A DNA stretch of 64,000 nucleotides from the human T2T-CHM13v2.0 reference genome, Homo sapiens: NCBI RefSeq assembly GCF_009914755.1, contig NC_060939.1. The stretch is one strand, 5' to 3'. A model generated the notes under the pieces. It was not told where the DNA came from, did no database searches, and was given only the letters and a program-made list of their open reading frames with translations. The position numbers were made by a program, and so were the translations under genes. This document shows, in pieces, positions 25,259 through 42,032 of the stretch. The first letter of the stretch is position 1. Each line of letters opens with the position of its first letter.

Positions 25259-26223
25259 GTAAGTAGGTCTCAATTTATAAAAACGTTTTTGGCAGTGTTT
25301 GGATGACTTTTAGTTTATGAAATGTATAAGTTTCCTATTTTTTTCCCATGGATGAGAATGCCAAATTGTGAACTGGGAGTCAGGGTTAAAAAGCATCTTT
25401 TATCAGAAAACTCTTATGATATTGTCTACCAATGGGTCAGAAAATGAAAATTAGAAAAAAAAAAGAAAAAATTTAAAAAAACCCATGATATTAATCAAAT
25501 TAGTTTATTTCTTGTGTTTATTCTTTTACCCATTGGCCCTTCTCCACTCTCTGGCAGTGAAGTAAAGCTTGTTTTTTTTTTTTTAAGTTTTGAAATTTAA
25601 AGTTCTTCAGTGGTTTTGGGAGATATATATCATGAAACAATCATTTTAATTAAAATTTTAAATTTTAGCTTATTAGATTTTTACTAATGTGGTAGAATTG
25701 ATAGATTCAGTTGTCTACGATGAACCTAATCTCAACTTTGGGTAGAAGAAAGTAAAAAACAAAAACATGTATCCTGGAATATGAGGAAAAGATAAACTTG
25801 AAACTGTTGGAGGCTGGTGCAGGGCTGGAGAGGGCAGTCCTCTAACCGCTGGCAGAGGAGCCTAGAGCCCTGGAGTTCACCACCTGCAGAGTTCAACCTG
25901 CCCCTCCCACAGACTGAGATAAGAACATTATTGCATGTCCTTGGCTTGGCAGTTTCACTCCCATGGTTATTTGGTTTGTGGGATCCTTCCCCAATGCAGC
26001 CCAATCAAGAGAATACAGACCTCCTACCCTTTAGGGGAACTGATGTTTAATGTTTGAGCCACACCATGAAACTCCCTTAGAGAATTTTCAATCAATTTTA
26101 GTTGCTACTGATGGTTCCTGATCATTAGCAGACACATGCCTTAGTATGAGACTGGTTTTGTCCCTAACATGTTTATAAACCCAGTATCAGTGTTGGTTTA
26201 AATTCACATCTTTTAATGTTTAA

Positions 26224-26316
<93 letters not shown>

Positions 26317-26554
26317 TAAAAACAAATGATTTATATTTTGCCCAAACCTTAGCACCTTTGTGAGCAAAATAGATTTAGTACCTTACCCTTATTGTGTAAC
26401 TTAGATCAATTGTGCCTTCATCGAGTAATTAAAATGAGGAAATTTTAAGAGCCTACTCTATGCCAGGAGCATTGTCCATCCACTCATGAGAAGCATATAC
26501 ACTTTTGGAACTATGGCTCACATAATACCTGGCAAACTTAAAAATCTGGATACC

Positions 26555-26842
26555 GGCCAGGCACGGTGTCTCACACCTGTAATGCCAACACTTTGGGAGG
26601 CCGAGGCGGGTGGATCACTTGAAGTCAGGAGTTCGAGACCAGCTTGGCCAACATGGTGAAATTCCATCTTTACTAAAAATACAAAAATTAGCTGGGTGTA
26701 GTAGAACGCACCTGTAAACCCAGCTACTGGAGAGGCTGAGGCACGAAAATTGCTTGAACATGGGAGGCGGAGGCTGCAGTGAGTTGCAGTTGTGCCACTG
26801 CACTCCAGCCTGGGCAACACAGCAAGACTGTCTTAAAAAAAA
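26555..26842 (+). mobile_element. Alu in the last intron of C15orf48
   Basis: TSD AAAAATCTGGATAC on both sides. Confidence 0.95.
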
Positions 26843-26930
26843 ATCTGGATACTGCTAAGTGAAAGTAGGGCACATGTGTTTGATCTTTCCCTCTGATCTC
26901 ATAACACTTAGGAGCCCAAGGGCTTTGTAA

Positions 26931-27188
<258 letters not shown>

Positions 27189-27221
27189 CGAGCCCTCGCC
27201 TCTTTCTTCTGAAGAGTACTC

Positions 27222-27301
27222 TATAAATCTAGTGGAAACATTTCTGCACAAACTAGATTCTGGACACCAGTGTGCGGAAATGCTTCTGCTACATTTTTAG
27301 G
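27222..27301 (+). ncRNA. MIR147B: pre-miR-147b hairpin; 3p mature GTGTGCGGAAATGCTTCTGCTA at 27270-27291, 5p arm at ~27233-27254
   Basis: I recognise the mature sequence. The arms TAGTGGAAACATTTCTGCACA and TGTGCGGAAATGCTTCTGCTA base-pair. The hairpin starts 33 nt after the C15orf48 stop codon. Confidence 0.96.
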
Positions 27302-27480
27302 GTTTGTCTACATTTTTTGGGCTCTGGATAAGGAATTAAAGGAGTGCAGCAATAACTGCACTGTCTAAAAGTTTGTGCTTATTTTCTTGTAAATTTGAAT
27401 ATTGCATATTGAAATTTTTGTTTATGATCTATGAATGTTTTTCTTAAAATTTACAAAGCTTTGTAAATTAGATTTTCTTT

Positions 27481-27486
27481 AATAAA
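27481..27486 (+). terminator. C15orf48: C15orf48 polyadenylation signal AATAAA
   Basis: Canonical hexamer ~290 nt after the stop codon, in a T-rich context. Confidence 0.8.
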
Positions 27487-27861
27487 ATGCCATTTGTGCA
27501 AGATTTCTCAAAGATTAGGTATATATTTAAATGGAAGAGAAAATATTTTTATGGGAGAAAAATACATTTGAACCATGAAATTTCATCTTTTAAATAACAT
27601 CCAGTACAGATTTCTGTGTAAGCTTTTTTTTCCAAGTTCATTCATTCACTAGTAGTTTATTGAGCATCTACTATTTGCAGTATAGCTAACAAAGCCAAAA
27701 TTTGGTGGGATACGAATAAAAGATGGTAAGTACAATGAGGAAAATGAAGTGGGGATGAGGTTGGAGACTCGCATGAGGACTGACCTTGGAGGAAGTGTAG
27801 GATTCTGGAGATGAATTGGAATGCAAGGCATACTGAGATCTGCCCTAAAGATGCCAAGCCA

Positions 27862-28900
<1,039 letters not shown>

Positions 28901-29174
28901 CGTTAACTTTTTTTTTTTTTTTTTTTTTTTTTGAGACAGGGTCTTGCTGTGTCACCCAGACTAGACAGGCTGGAGTGCAGTGGCACCATCTCATAAACTT
29001 TGCCTCCTGGGCTCAAGCAATTCTCGTGCCTCAGCCTCCTGAGTAGCTGGGATTACAGGCATGCACCACCACCACACCTGGATAATTTTTGTATTTTTAG
29101 TAGAGGCAGGGTTTTTGCCATGTTGGCCAGGCTGGTCTTGAACTCCTGACCTCAAGTGATCCAACTGCCTGATC

Positions 29175-29752
29175 ACTTGAGGAAAGGAGTGATCCCTTCC
29201 CTCCCCATTGGATCATGGCTAACACCCCTATAACAAAAGACAGGTTAACTAGAAAAAGCATAACACACTTATAGTTTACTTGACATGGTAGCCTTCAGAA
29301 TGAAGACCCAAAGATATAGGGAAAACTGTTCATTTTTATGCTTATGTTCAATGAAAAGTCGATGTAGAAATATGATTGGACATGTAGAAATATGGACAAA
29401 AAGGATATGGTCCTAATGCTATCAGAATAGACTACATGGGGAAGCTCACCAAGGCCTGTCTGCAGCATTTCCTTCTGCTGGGTGTGGGGGTGGGATCCCT
29501 CTGGAATGAGTGTCTTAATTTCTTTATGGCCAGCTGTTACATAGAAAGGTGGGGGAAATTTAAGAGCAATATATTTAGGTTTTATGGCTGGCTTTCAGGA
29601 AACGGGATTCTGGCTTCTATGGCCGGTCTTGGAGAAGAGGAATTCTAGTTTCTATGGCTCACCTGGGGAAGAATCAGGGTCAACAGACAGGAGGGCAGAG
29701 AAACTTTGCTTCTGCGGCCTTCATTTGGGGTATCATTTTTTGGGCTCCAGCG
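29175..29752 (-). mobile_element. ERV1 (MER4-group; MER39/MER31/LOR1-like) solo LTR
   Basis: Resembles recalled LTR consensus (CAGAATGAAGACCCAAAG; CTTCATTTGGGGTATC end); subfamily uncertain. Confidence 0.55.
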
Positions 29753-31450
29753 TTACCTTCACAGCAATAACAAATAACTAGGTTTTGCCAGGAACTTGGC
29801 AACTCTGAGAGGATTAAAGCAAGACTGCTGCCAACTTCTGTTGCTTCCTTATCACCTCAAGTCGTCTCAGATTAAAGTCTCTGATAGTTGATCTCAAGGA
29901 ATTACACGTAGCAATTGGGAAGCACATTTTTATTTGCTTAAGCTTCTAAAGTCTAATGTAATGTCATTTGCACAAATAAAAATTAACGGTTGGTCAACTA
30001 AGAGAGCAAAGTATAGAGTGTTTTTCAAGGGATGACTGTGGCTTTCAACTTTAAAACACAAACCTGATTGAAATGTGGTGGTGTGAACATGGCAATGGGA
30101 GGTACTTTTCTGCAGGTTTAGGAGGGAGAGAGGCCAAAAGCAATGTTGATGCTTAAATTTCAAAAGATTTGGGTTTTGTTGTTGTGTTCTTAGCATTTCC
30201 TTCAAACATTTTATTTTGAAATTTTTCAAATATGCAGAGAAGTTGAAAGTTACTCACACTTCTTATCAATTAACATTGTGCCACATTTGCTGTATCTCCC
30301 TGTGTATGTATGCTTTTCAAAAATTAACTCGTTGAGGCCAGGCACAGTGGCTCATGCCTGTAATCCCAACACTTTGGGAGGCTGAGGCGGGCAGATGGCT
30401 TGAGCCCAGGAGTTTGAGACCAGTGTGGACAACATGGCGAAACATCTCCACTAAAAATGCAAAAATTAGCCAGGTGTGGTGGCACACACCTGTGGTCCCA
30501 GCTACTTGGGAGGCTGATGTGGGAGGATCACCTGACCCTGGGAGGTCAAGGCTGCAGACAGCCTTGATCTCACACCACTGCACTCCAGCCTGGGCAACCC
30601 AAGTGAGACCCTGTCTCAAAAAAAAAAAAAAAAAAAAGTGTTGAGAACAAGTTACAGACATGAGGCTTTTTTCCCTAAAAATTTAAGCATGTACTCACTG
30701 CCTAAGATAAAAGACATTGTAGCTGACTAGAATACCATTATCATCCCTAAGAAAGTTAACATTCATTCAATAATATCACCTATCATAAATATGATAGTGA
30801 TATCATAAATATCACCTTTTTTTCCTCTAATTGTCTCAAAAATATCCTTTATATCTGTATTTTAAAATCCAGAATCATCTACTCCAAGGTTTACTTGTTG
30901 CATTTGTCTAAGTTGTACTGAGTACTTGACTGACTTGTGGTCATGAAAATGACTCCAAAGCAGCTTTTATAGAACGGCCATCTCTACAGATAACGAGAAC
31001 ATTACCCGGATAACATTCTCTTACATGCAGACTTTACAATTTTTTATTTACAATCTAATAATGATGTATTTTCATGTAGTTTATAAGAGGTTGTACAATT
31101 GATGAGCACTCACTATGTGCTAGACGCTGTGCTGGCCTTGAGGCTCTTACAGCTTAGGAAAGGGATACACACATGTAAACAGCATGAGAGCAATGCCAGG
31201 ACAATAAAGCAAGGACAGGAGTAGGCACATGGTATGAAGGAAAGCTTCCCAAAGAAGGTGGATCCCTGAAAGTCTACTTCGGCTGATTTCTTGAAAAAAA
31301 AAAAAAAAAAATCATCATCATTACAAGTCAGCAAGGCAATTGAAGTAGAGGCACATTTTTACCAAGACAGAGCCACCTAAAGTAGCATGGTGTCTCTTGG
31401 AAACTTGGAGTAGATTAATACAGGGAATTTTTTTTTTTTTTTTTTTTTGA

Positions 31451-31558
<108 letters not shown>

Positions 31559-31837
31559 TAGCTGGGACTATAGGCTAGAGACTGAGTTTCGGCATGTTGG
31601 CCAGGCTGGCCTCAAACTCCTCGCATCAAGCAATCCTCCTGCCTTCGCCTCTGAAATTGCTGGGATTACAGGCATAAGCCATCCTACCTGACCAATACAG
31701 AGTATTTTTAATATTAAGAGAGATAATTGGAGAAAAAGAAGTAGGTGGAATGTGTAGGACATTTGTGCTATTATCTTCCAGGCACAAAGGAACCAGAAAA
31801 GGATTTTAAGTTGAGGGAGGAGGTAATAGTCTACTGC

Positions 31838-31982
31838 CAGGGGTGTCCAATCTTTTGGCTTCTCTGGGCCGCGTTGGAAGAAGAATTTTCTTGGGCCACA
31901 CATAAAATACACTAACAAAATCACAAAAAAAAACCAAACTCAATGTTTTAAGAAAGTTTACAAATTTGTGCTGGGCCACACA
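31838..31982 (+). mobile_element. MER30 fragment (hAT-Charlie)
   Basis: Starts CAGGGGTGTCCAATCTTTTGGCTTC. Confidence 0.75.
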
Positions 31983-32292
31983 AATACTACTAAAATAACA
32001 ACTACAAAAAAAAAATTAGCTGGGTGTGGTGGCGCACGCCTGTAGTCCCAGCTACTCAGGAGGCTGAGGCAGGGGAATTGCTTGAAACGGGGAGGTGGAG
32101 GTTGTAGTTAGCCAAGATCATGCCACTGCACTCCAGCCTGCGACAGAGTGAGACTCCACCTCAAAAAAAAAAAAAAAAAAAAAAAAATGGGCCAGTTCAG
32201 GCCAGGCGCGGTGGCTCACGTCTATAATCCCAGCACTTTGGAAGGGTGAGGCTGGGTCACTTGAGATCAGGAGTTTAAGACCAGCCCGATCA

Positions 32293-32544
<252 letters not shown>

Positions 32545-32756
32545 TTACAGGAGATAATAGCTATAAAGTACCTAAAATGGTGCTTAACATGGACTAGCTG
32601 TTCAGTAAGTATTCCCTTCTTCCTAAAGAAAAAAGATTATCCCTGTAATAACAGCACCTTGGGAGGCTGAGACAGGCAGATTGCTTGAGCTTAGGAGTTC
32701 GAGACCAGCCCTGGGCAACATGTGAAACCCTGTCTCTACAAAAAATAAAAAAATTA

Positions 32757-32879
<123 letters not shown>

Positions 32880-33634
32880 CTAAGCAAGACCCTGTCTGAA
32901 AAAAAGGAGGTTATCACTATTAAAACTGCCGTATGTGTTTAGGATTACATTCCATGAGTGGGAGCATTGCGTGTTTCAAATCCATGCATACCCAGCTCTG
33001 TTTGAAATCTATGCATACCCGAGGACTCCTGGCCCATCTTTGGTTCACAACGCCCCAGTTACAAACCTTTTAGACAGAGTGCACACACAGCTGTAGATAA
33101 ATGCATCCCATATTCACTCTCACCTACGTAGATACCTAGCTTAAAATAAGAACCCCTGCACACATAACACATATAGATGATCTCACAACCAGAAAAGACA
33201 TAACAAAAACATACATATCTCCTTAGAAATAAGGCCCGGCATGGTGGCTCACAATCAGTAATCCCAGCACTGTGGGAGGCCGAAGCGGGCAGATCACTGC
33301 AGCCCAGGAGTTCGAGACCAGCCTGGCCAACATAGGGAAACCCCATCTCTACTAAAAATACAAAAAACTAGCTAGGCGTGTTGGCGCATACCTGTAATCC
33401 CAGCTACTCGGGAGGCTGAGAATTGCTTGAACCCAGGAGGTGGAGGTTGCAGTGAGCCAAGATTGCACCGCTGCACTCCAGCCTGGGTGAGAAAGCGTGA
33501 CTATTATCTCAAAAAATAAATAAATAAATGTGCATATTTTAGTAATTACATATATTCTCACATTCAAAAGTAACAATCTGTGGTTTGAATAAGGAAATGA
33601 AGTTGAGTGCATGTACCTAAGATAGCGGTAGGAA

Positions 33635-34077
33635 TTTTCAACCTAAAGAAGGACACTGAGGCAAAATTAACAGAGAGAATTTATTGGGGCCAAGGTTGAG
33701 AACTGCAGCCCGGGACACACTTCCCAGTTGCCTTGCAGAGTGCTCCCGCCAGGGTTTGCTGCAAGCAGGTTTTTAAGGGCAAAGGGAACAAAAGGTGGTC
33801 TGACAAAGTTGTTTGACAGGAGTGCTCCTTGGTTTATAGAAACAACACTGATTAATGATTAACTGTACATTGTTGAACTATAGGGTATGCACGATGGTGT
33901 CCAGTGTATGGCATTTTATGGCTGCTTGGCGTTAGTCTAGAGCCCACATAGCAAATGGCTTCAAGAGGTAGTCACTTAGCTCAAGGATGTGACTGCTGTC
34001 ACACTCTGTCACATTTCAATGCCTCTCTGGGCCTGATAACTAAAGCATTCCTCAGATAAAAGTTTATTTTCTTTCTC
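33635..34077 (-). mobile_element. ERV1 solo LTR (LTR24-like)
   Basis: TTTATT polyA complement near the left end; right end reads GCATTCCTCAGATAAAAGTTT; subfamily uncertain. Confidence 0.55.
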
Positions 34078-34498
34078 GGAATGGAATTAGTTTTTCTAGT
34101 ATGATTGTCCCTTAAAATGTCTTTTTACCATGCTTAGAAAATTGCCTCAGATAATTACATCATTTCTCTGTAGAAACTAAGGCTGTTTTTTGTTTTTGTC
34201 TTAGTCATGTTTGACTATATCAGTTGCCTGTTTGTACACTACTTAGCTTTAAGATGAAAATTAGAATAAAATTAAGGAAAATCCCAAATGTTATAATTCT
34301 TGCAGACATGTTAAAACCAACTTGCTCATTCACTTGGTGAATATATAATAAGACATTATATTACATATATTACATGTATAATAGCCTATTGCTTATTTGG
34401 AGAGTGGGCATACTATTTTAAAAAATAAGGCCAGTGGCTGGGCATGGTGGCTCATGCCTGTAATCCCAGCACTTTGGGAGGCTGAGGCTGGCAGATCA

Positions 34499-34801
<303 letters not shown>

Positions 34802-34804
34802 TCA

Positions 34805-35050
<246 letters not shown>

Positions 35051-35759
35051 TCAACTTTTTTGTATTTACATCAAGTAATATATATGATGTTTTCTAAAGT
35101 GTGTGATCACAAAGTTGATACTATTCCTTGGTGTATATTAAGGCTCTATTGCTGCAGGCAAGTTAACCTGACTTATAATGTCTTTGGTTATCCCAATTCT
35201 CCTTAACAAAAATGAGAAATGGATTTGAGAAATGAACTAACACCACAAGGCAAATGTGACCTATTGTTTGCATATTAATTTGGAGACTATTTCATTGAGT
35301 CAACCACTGTATGTTTCCCACATTTTAATTGTGCCAGATTTTTTAAAAAGTAGTGCCATTTGCTTTTAAAATTATTATTTAAAAATTATTTAATTAAAAA
35401 ATAATAATGTTTAATTACATAAAATTAAATTGAGTTAAAATAGCATTTTAATTTGATAATTAAAAATTACTATTTTAAATTGAGATGTAGTTTAGATACA
35501 ATAAAATGAACAGGCCTCAGTTGTTCAGTTTAAGGAAGAATTTTGATGGAATAGTCATGCAAAACTAGCTGTGGAATGTTTCTATCACTCCAGAAAGTTC
35601 TCTTGTGGTGCCATTTAAAAGGATGAATTTTATGTGAATTATGTCTCCTCCCCTCACCCCCCACACACAAATTTGACCCACATTTACCTGCTGTGTCACT
35701 TCCAGAAATAACAGAGGTTAGCATAATTTTTTAATACCATATAAAGTACCTGACTCTTC

Positions 35760-36341
35760 TGTGTGGGAAACACATGAAGGGAGAAGAAAAGACACACACA
35801 CAATACCTTTAAGGGTAAACAACCTTTATCCCATGTAAATGGCAATGCAGATATAATAAGCAAATGATATAATAATAAACAGTTAATAAGCAGATTGATA
35901 GAATAAGCAAATTGCAATGGGAAGGGAAGAAGGGAAAAGATATTTACACTTACCAGACTATGGACGATTCACCACCAGACTGGGAAGCAATAGCCTGGGC
36001 TCCAGTGTTGGCCACTCGTCTGTGCAGACGAGGAGAGGTCTCATGAAGCTTAGGCGCAGTCTGGAACTCTAGCTTCTTTGTAACTAGTTTTTTGGCATGA
36101 GGCCCAGTCATGAGGGCCCTTCCTGACTGAGCTCAAGGAACACAAAAAGGTGAACTTGTTTTGTGATTGTCTATTGTTTTTCAATAACTAACGTATAGGA
36201 ATAGATTGAAATAGAGATTTCTCCGAAACAGTGCGGATGAACGTCTCAAGGGGCTCACACAACCTGTTCTGGGAATTGGTGATCATTGTTTTTGTCCATG
36301 TTTAATTGAATTCAAATTTAATATTTAACTTTTCCTCCACA
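35760..36341 (-). mobile_element. Solo LTR, LTR18B-like (ERVL)
   Basis: TG...CA termini, ~580 bp; the minus strand starts TGTGGAGGAAAAGTTAAATATTAAATTTGAA. Confidence 0.65.
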
Positions 36342-36379
36342 CCGACCCCACATATAACATTCAATTTACTTTTTTCCTA

Positions 36380-36556
<177 letters not shown>

Positions 36557-37130
36557 TTAGCCAGGCGTGGTGGCATGCACCTGTAATCCCAGCTACTCAG
36601 AGGCTGAGGCAGGAGAATCGTTTGAAACCAGGAGGCAGAAGTTGCAGCGAGCTGAGATCATGCCACTGTACCCCAGCTTGGGCAACAAGAGCGAAACTCA
36701 AAAAAAAAAAGAAAGAAAGAAAGAAAGAAATACACCAAGGCCAGTTGGGCCAGGGCAGTGATTCGGTCTACCACTGCAGTGACAATAAATAGGCTTCCCT
36801 GGGCTCTGGGGAACAGAGAAGGGCATTGAGTTTACCTAGTGTCTAAGTGATGTAAATTTATCCCCCACAGAGGAAGGGCCTGGCCTGAATGCAAGAGTTA
36901 CCACAGCAGCAAGACTATCCTGGCAATAAATCCCCTCCAGGGCAAGGCTGCAACCGATTGAGGCAGCAGTGTGCAGTTGACCCCACAGCTAGATTATCAC
37001 CATATGCTTCACAAACTCCTCCTCCACTGGTGAATGTCAGAGCTAACCCAGAGAGCAGGGAACCCTCCATGCCACCAAATCAAAGCCTCCCAAGCCATAC
37101 TAGGAATCTGGCTAATTCTCTCCTGAGAAC

Positions 37131-37671
<541 letters not shown>

Positions 37672-38260
37672 TAAAGCTTTCTACTCCTTATAACATTTGG
37701 TGCTTGAGAATTCTCACACAGTCAGTAATATTCTAGGACAGTCCTGACCTATCAGTCATAGTCATGCTATATGGAGGGCAGGATCAAGCCAGACATGGAA
37801 GACCCAAGCGTGGGAATGCCTCTCTCAGCTAGGCTGCTCCGGCCACTGTTCAGACACACTAACCCCAGCACCCTAACCTGAGAAGCAGTGGGATTTATCA
37901 GGTGTATAGATAGCTGCACGTGCATTTGTGAACACTGTGTGGGTAGCAGAGATGACAGTTCTCACCAGCCATGTCACCATGTCTGGTGATGTTTCTACCA
38001 GTGACAATCAATCTCACATGAATTCAGTGACTCAGTGGGCCAGGACCAAGCAGACAGGTTAGCACTTGGATCCAGGCTGTGCCAATCAAAAGCTGTGTGA
38101 CATGGGCAAATTTCCTTACTTCTCAGAACCTTGCTTTGCAAAGAACTCATTACTTTGCAAGGGTAAACCTGTGGAGTAGGTCAGTATTTGGGAATGTGTT
38201 AAGTGAGATATTTCTTGCCTGCATCTTTTCCTTCATTCCTCTTCTCCCCTTTGACTTTAA

Positions 38261-38810
<550 letters not shown>

Positions 38811-41001
38811 CCTAGAACAAAAAAAGTTTCAATGTAGAGGCTTCAAAAGCCATAGCTGACAGCATGCTCTGAAAACCAGCATGCATATGTTGTATGCAGT
38901 ATGTTGAGAAAGGGTTTTTCTCTGGAGGCCAAAGCTTAGGAAACCAAGCACAGAGTTTATGTTATAAGCCATGGTGTCAGGAAGCATTTGTGTTGAAGCC
39001 CTCTCTATCCCTAAAGGAAGAACAGTTGGATCAGCGGGAAGCAGAGCAGGACCAGATGGGGTGAGATTAGATCTTGGAGGACTTGCAGGGTACAGCACCC
39101 TTCTCAGCCCACCAGACCCTGGCTTGAAAAGGTTTACTGGGTGGGTCAGACTGTCCCCCAAGAGGTGAAGTAAGAGACAGAGTTCCAGCCAGAGGCACAC
39201 AACTGAAGGAAAGAAAGGGCTGAGAGACCATCACAGGGGCACCTGGCGCCCCAATTTATGGAGGGAGTAGAGATGGAAAGGGAGCCAGTCTGGAGAAAGA
39301 ACTGCGCAGAAAATCAGAAGGAAGCCGAGGCGGGACAGCACGTGTCCAGGGCTGGCGGGATTATTATTATGAGCCAGGAGCCCTGAAAAGCAGTGAGGGC
39401 AGCTTCAGAGGCAACGCGTGAGTGAGTGGGAACAGTCATCGCCCTATCCTGAGTGGTGAGAGACATGTGGTCTATGTGACTCTTCTTGCTGGTCTGAGGG
39501 TCATTCCAGGCCTGCCTGTGATAACCTCACCCTGTGCTGATCCTGGGGAAGGTTCTATCTGGGTTTGTCACCTGCAGACCCGTGGCTGTGGAGGAGCTGG
39601 CACTGAGGAGGGCAACCCCACAGCGCCCTCCGGCCCAGAAAGGGGCCTGGGAGGCACTTGGCTCCACTGCCCTGAGGGATTGGGCAACCTGGGTGTGTCC
39701 CCGCTGTTCCTGGAGAGTTGGCTCATTCCCTCCCTCCTCTCCAAAAACAAACTCAGACGCCCATGGTGAGGTCAGTTTCAGTTGAAGCTGCTTTGCATAA
39801 AAAAAAAAAACAAAAACACATCTCCTTCCTCTTGATGGGAATACTTACACCAAAAAGCTTTACGAGCATATGGTTTTGACGGCTGCGAGGTCAGGAGATG
39901 GGGGTTTTCCTCTTGCTCTGCAGGACCTTGGGGAAATCACTCACCAGCTAACGTGTGTCAGTGCTCACCGTGCGCCAGCCACCTTTGAATCCTCCACAGC
40001 CCTTGAGGCTTTTTCAGTGAATGCCGAGAGGCAGGTGCTTTGCCTGGCTGCCATGGCCCTGTAATCAGCAGAGCTGGGATTTGCGCCTGGGGGTTCAGGA
40101 TGTAGCCAAGTGTTAGAGCATTTCCGAGATCCTTCCCAGTGCCCAAACTTCCCGCTTCTCTAGTTCTAAGTCACTGGCCATCTGACCGTGGGAGACTATG
40201 GCTTAGGCTGGCCACACTTGTTCTAATCTTGGGGTCTAGGATGTCCCAGAGGGCTGCATCCTGCCATGACCATGGGTAAACAGCTTCACTTGTCCCTGAA
40301 GCTTCCTTTACAGGGAGAACAGGGCACAACCCCACAGCAGACACAGCAGACGCGTGGGTCTCACCACCAGCCTGTGTTTTTAAGGGCATAGACCTTGTGT
40401 TCTCACTTTTGTATAACTGACCCCCTACCCCATGCTACAGAGTACATGGCATGTGGTAGGTCCTCCTTAAATGTTTCTGATTAAGCCCAGTGACAAGTTC
40501 TTTTGCAAAGATACATACCACAGTTGAGCTCTGGATACTTACTCATGAGATTTTCAAGTATTCATTTATTCAACGAATATTTATATATGTATGTATGTAT
40601 GTATTTCATTTTTTAAATTACTTTTCTTGGGGGAGGGGGGCTTTCCAGCAAAAACCAGAAAGCCTGCTGGACAAATTCTAAAAGAGCTGTAACACTTCAG
40701 CAAATATTTAAATGAATGCCTACTGTCGGCCAGGCACACACCAGGTGATAAGTGATCCAATGGTGAGCAGAACAGTAGGTCCTCATGGGGTTACAGTCTT
40801 GTGGGGGAAGAAATAAACTAATCAGTTTCCCAAATGCACATAAAATGACAGCTATGAGAAGGTGACTGAAGGAAAGGGTCACACGACTGTGGAAGCACAG
40901 GCAAGAGGCCTGCCTGGGCTTCAGGGAGGCATCCCTGAGGTGAAGGCTTGCACATTGATCCACCCACCTACCATCCAGTAGGGACCACATTCCAGAGAGA
41001 C

Positions 41002-41117
41002 CGACCTTCCTTCCTTCCCTTCCTTCCCGTCCTTCCTGTCCTTCCCGTCCTTCTTGTCCTTCCCATACTTTCTGTCCTTCCCTTCCTTCCCATCCTTCCC
41101 TTCCTTCCCTTCCTTCC
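41002..41117. repeat. Polypyrimidine (CCTT/CCTTCCTGT)n tract at the tail of a minus-strand Alu
   Basis: Visible ~9-bp degenerate units. Confidence 0.9.
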
Positions 41118-41642
41118 ATTTTTTTTGAGACAGGATCTCACTCTGTCTCCTAGGCTCAAGTGCAGCAGTGAGATCCTAGTTCACTGCAGTTTCGAACTCC
41201 TGGGCTCAGGCAATGCTCCTGCCTCAGCCTCCTGGGTAGCTGGGACTACAGGTGTGTGCCACCACGCCCAGATAATTTTTAAAAATTTATAGTAGAGATG
41301 AGGTCTCACTATGTTACCCAAGCTGGTCTCGAACTCCTGGCCTCAAGCAGTCTCTGCCCGTCTCTGCCTCCCAAAGTGCTGGGATTACAGATGTGATGTA
41401 CTGTGCCTGGCCCACAGGAGCTCCTTTTCTAGTAGGCAGGTGGATACTCTATGCAATGATAGAAATTAAATAAATGTCCGTTCAAACTATTTGGAGGCCA
41501 CACTGCACACCCATTCATTATCAAAAATAAATAAAAATATGAAACCTACCATTGGCAAAGCTATAAGGAAATAGGTACAAATCATATACTGCTAGGAGCA
41601 CTGCAGCTTAGGCCAACTTTTTTGAGGACAACCTGGCAATAG

Positions 41643-42032
<390 letters not shown>
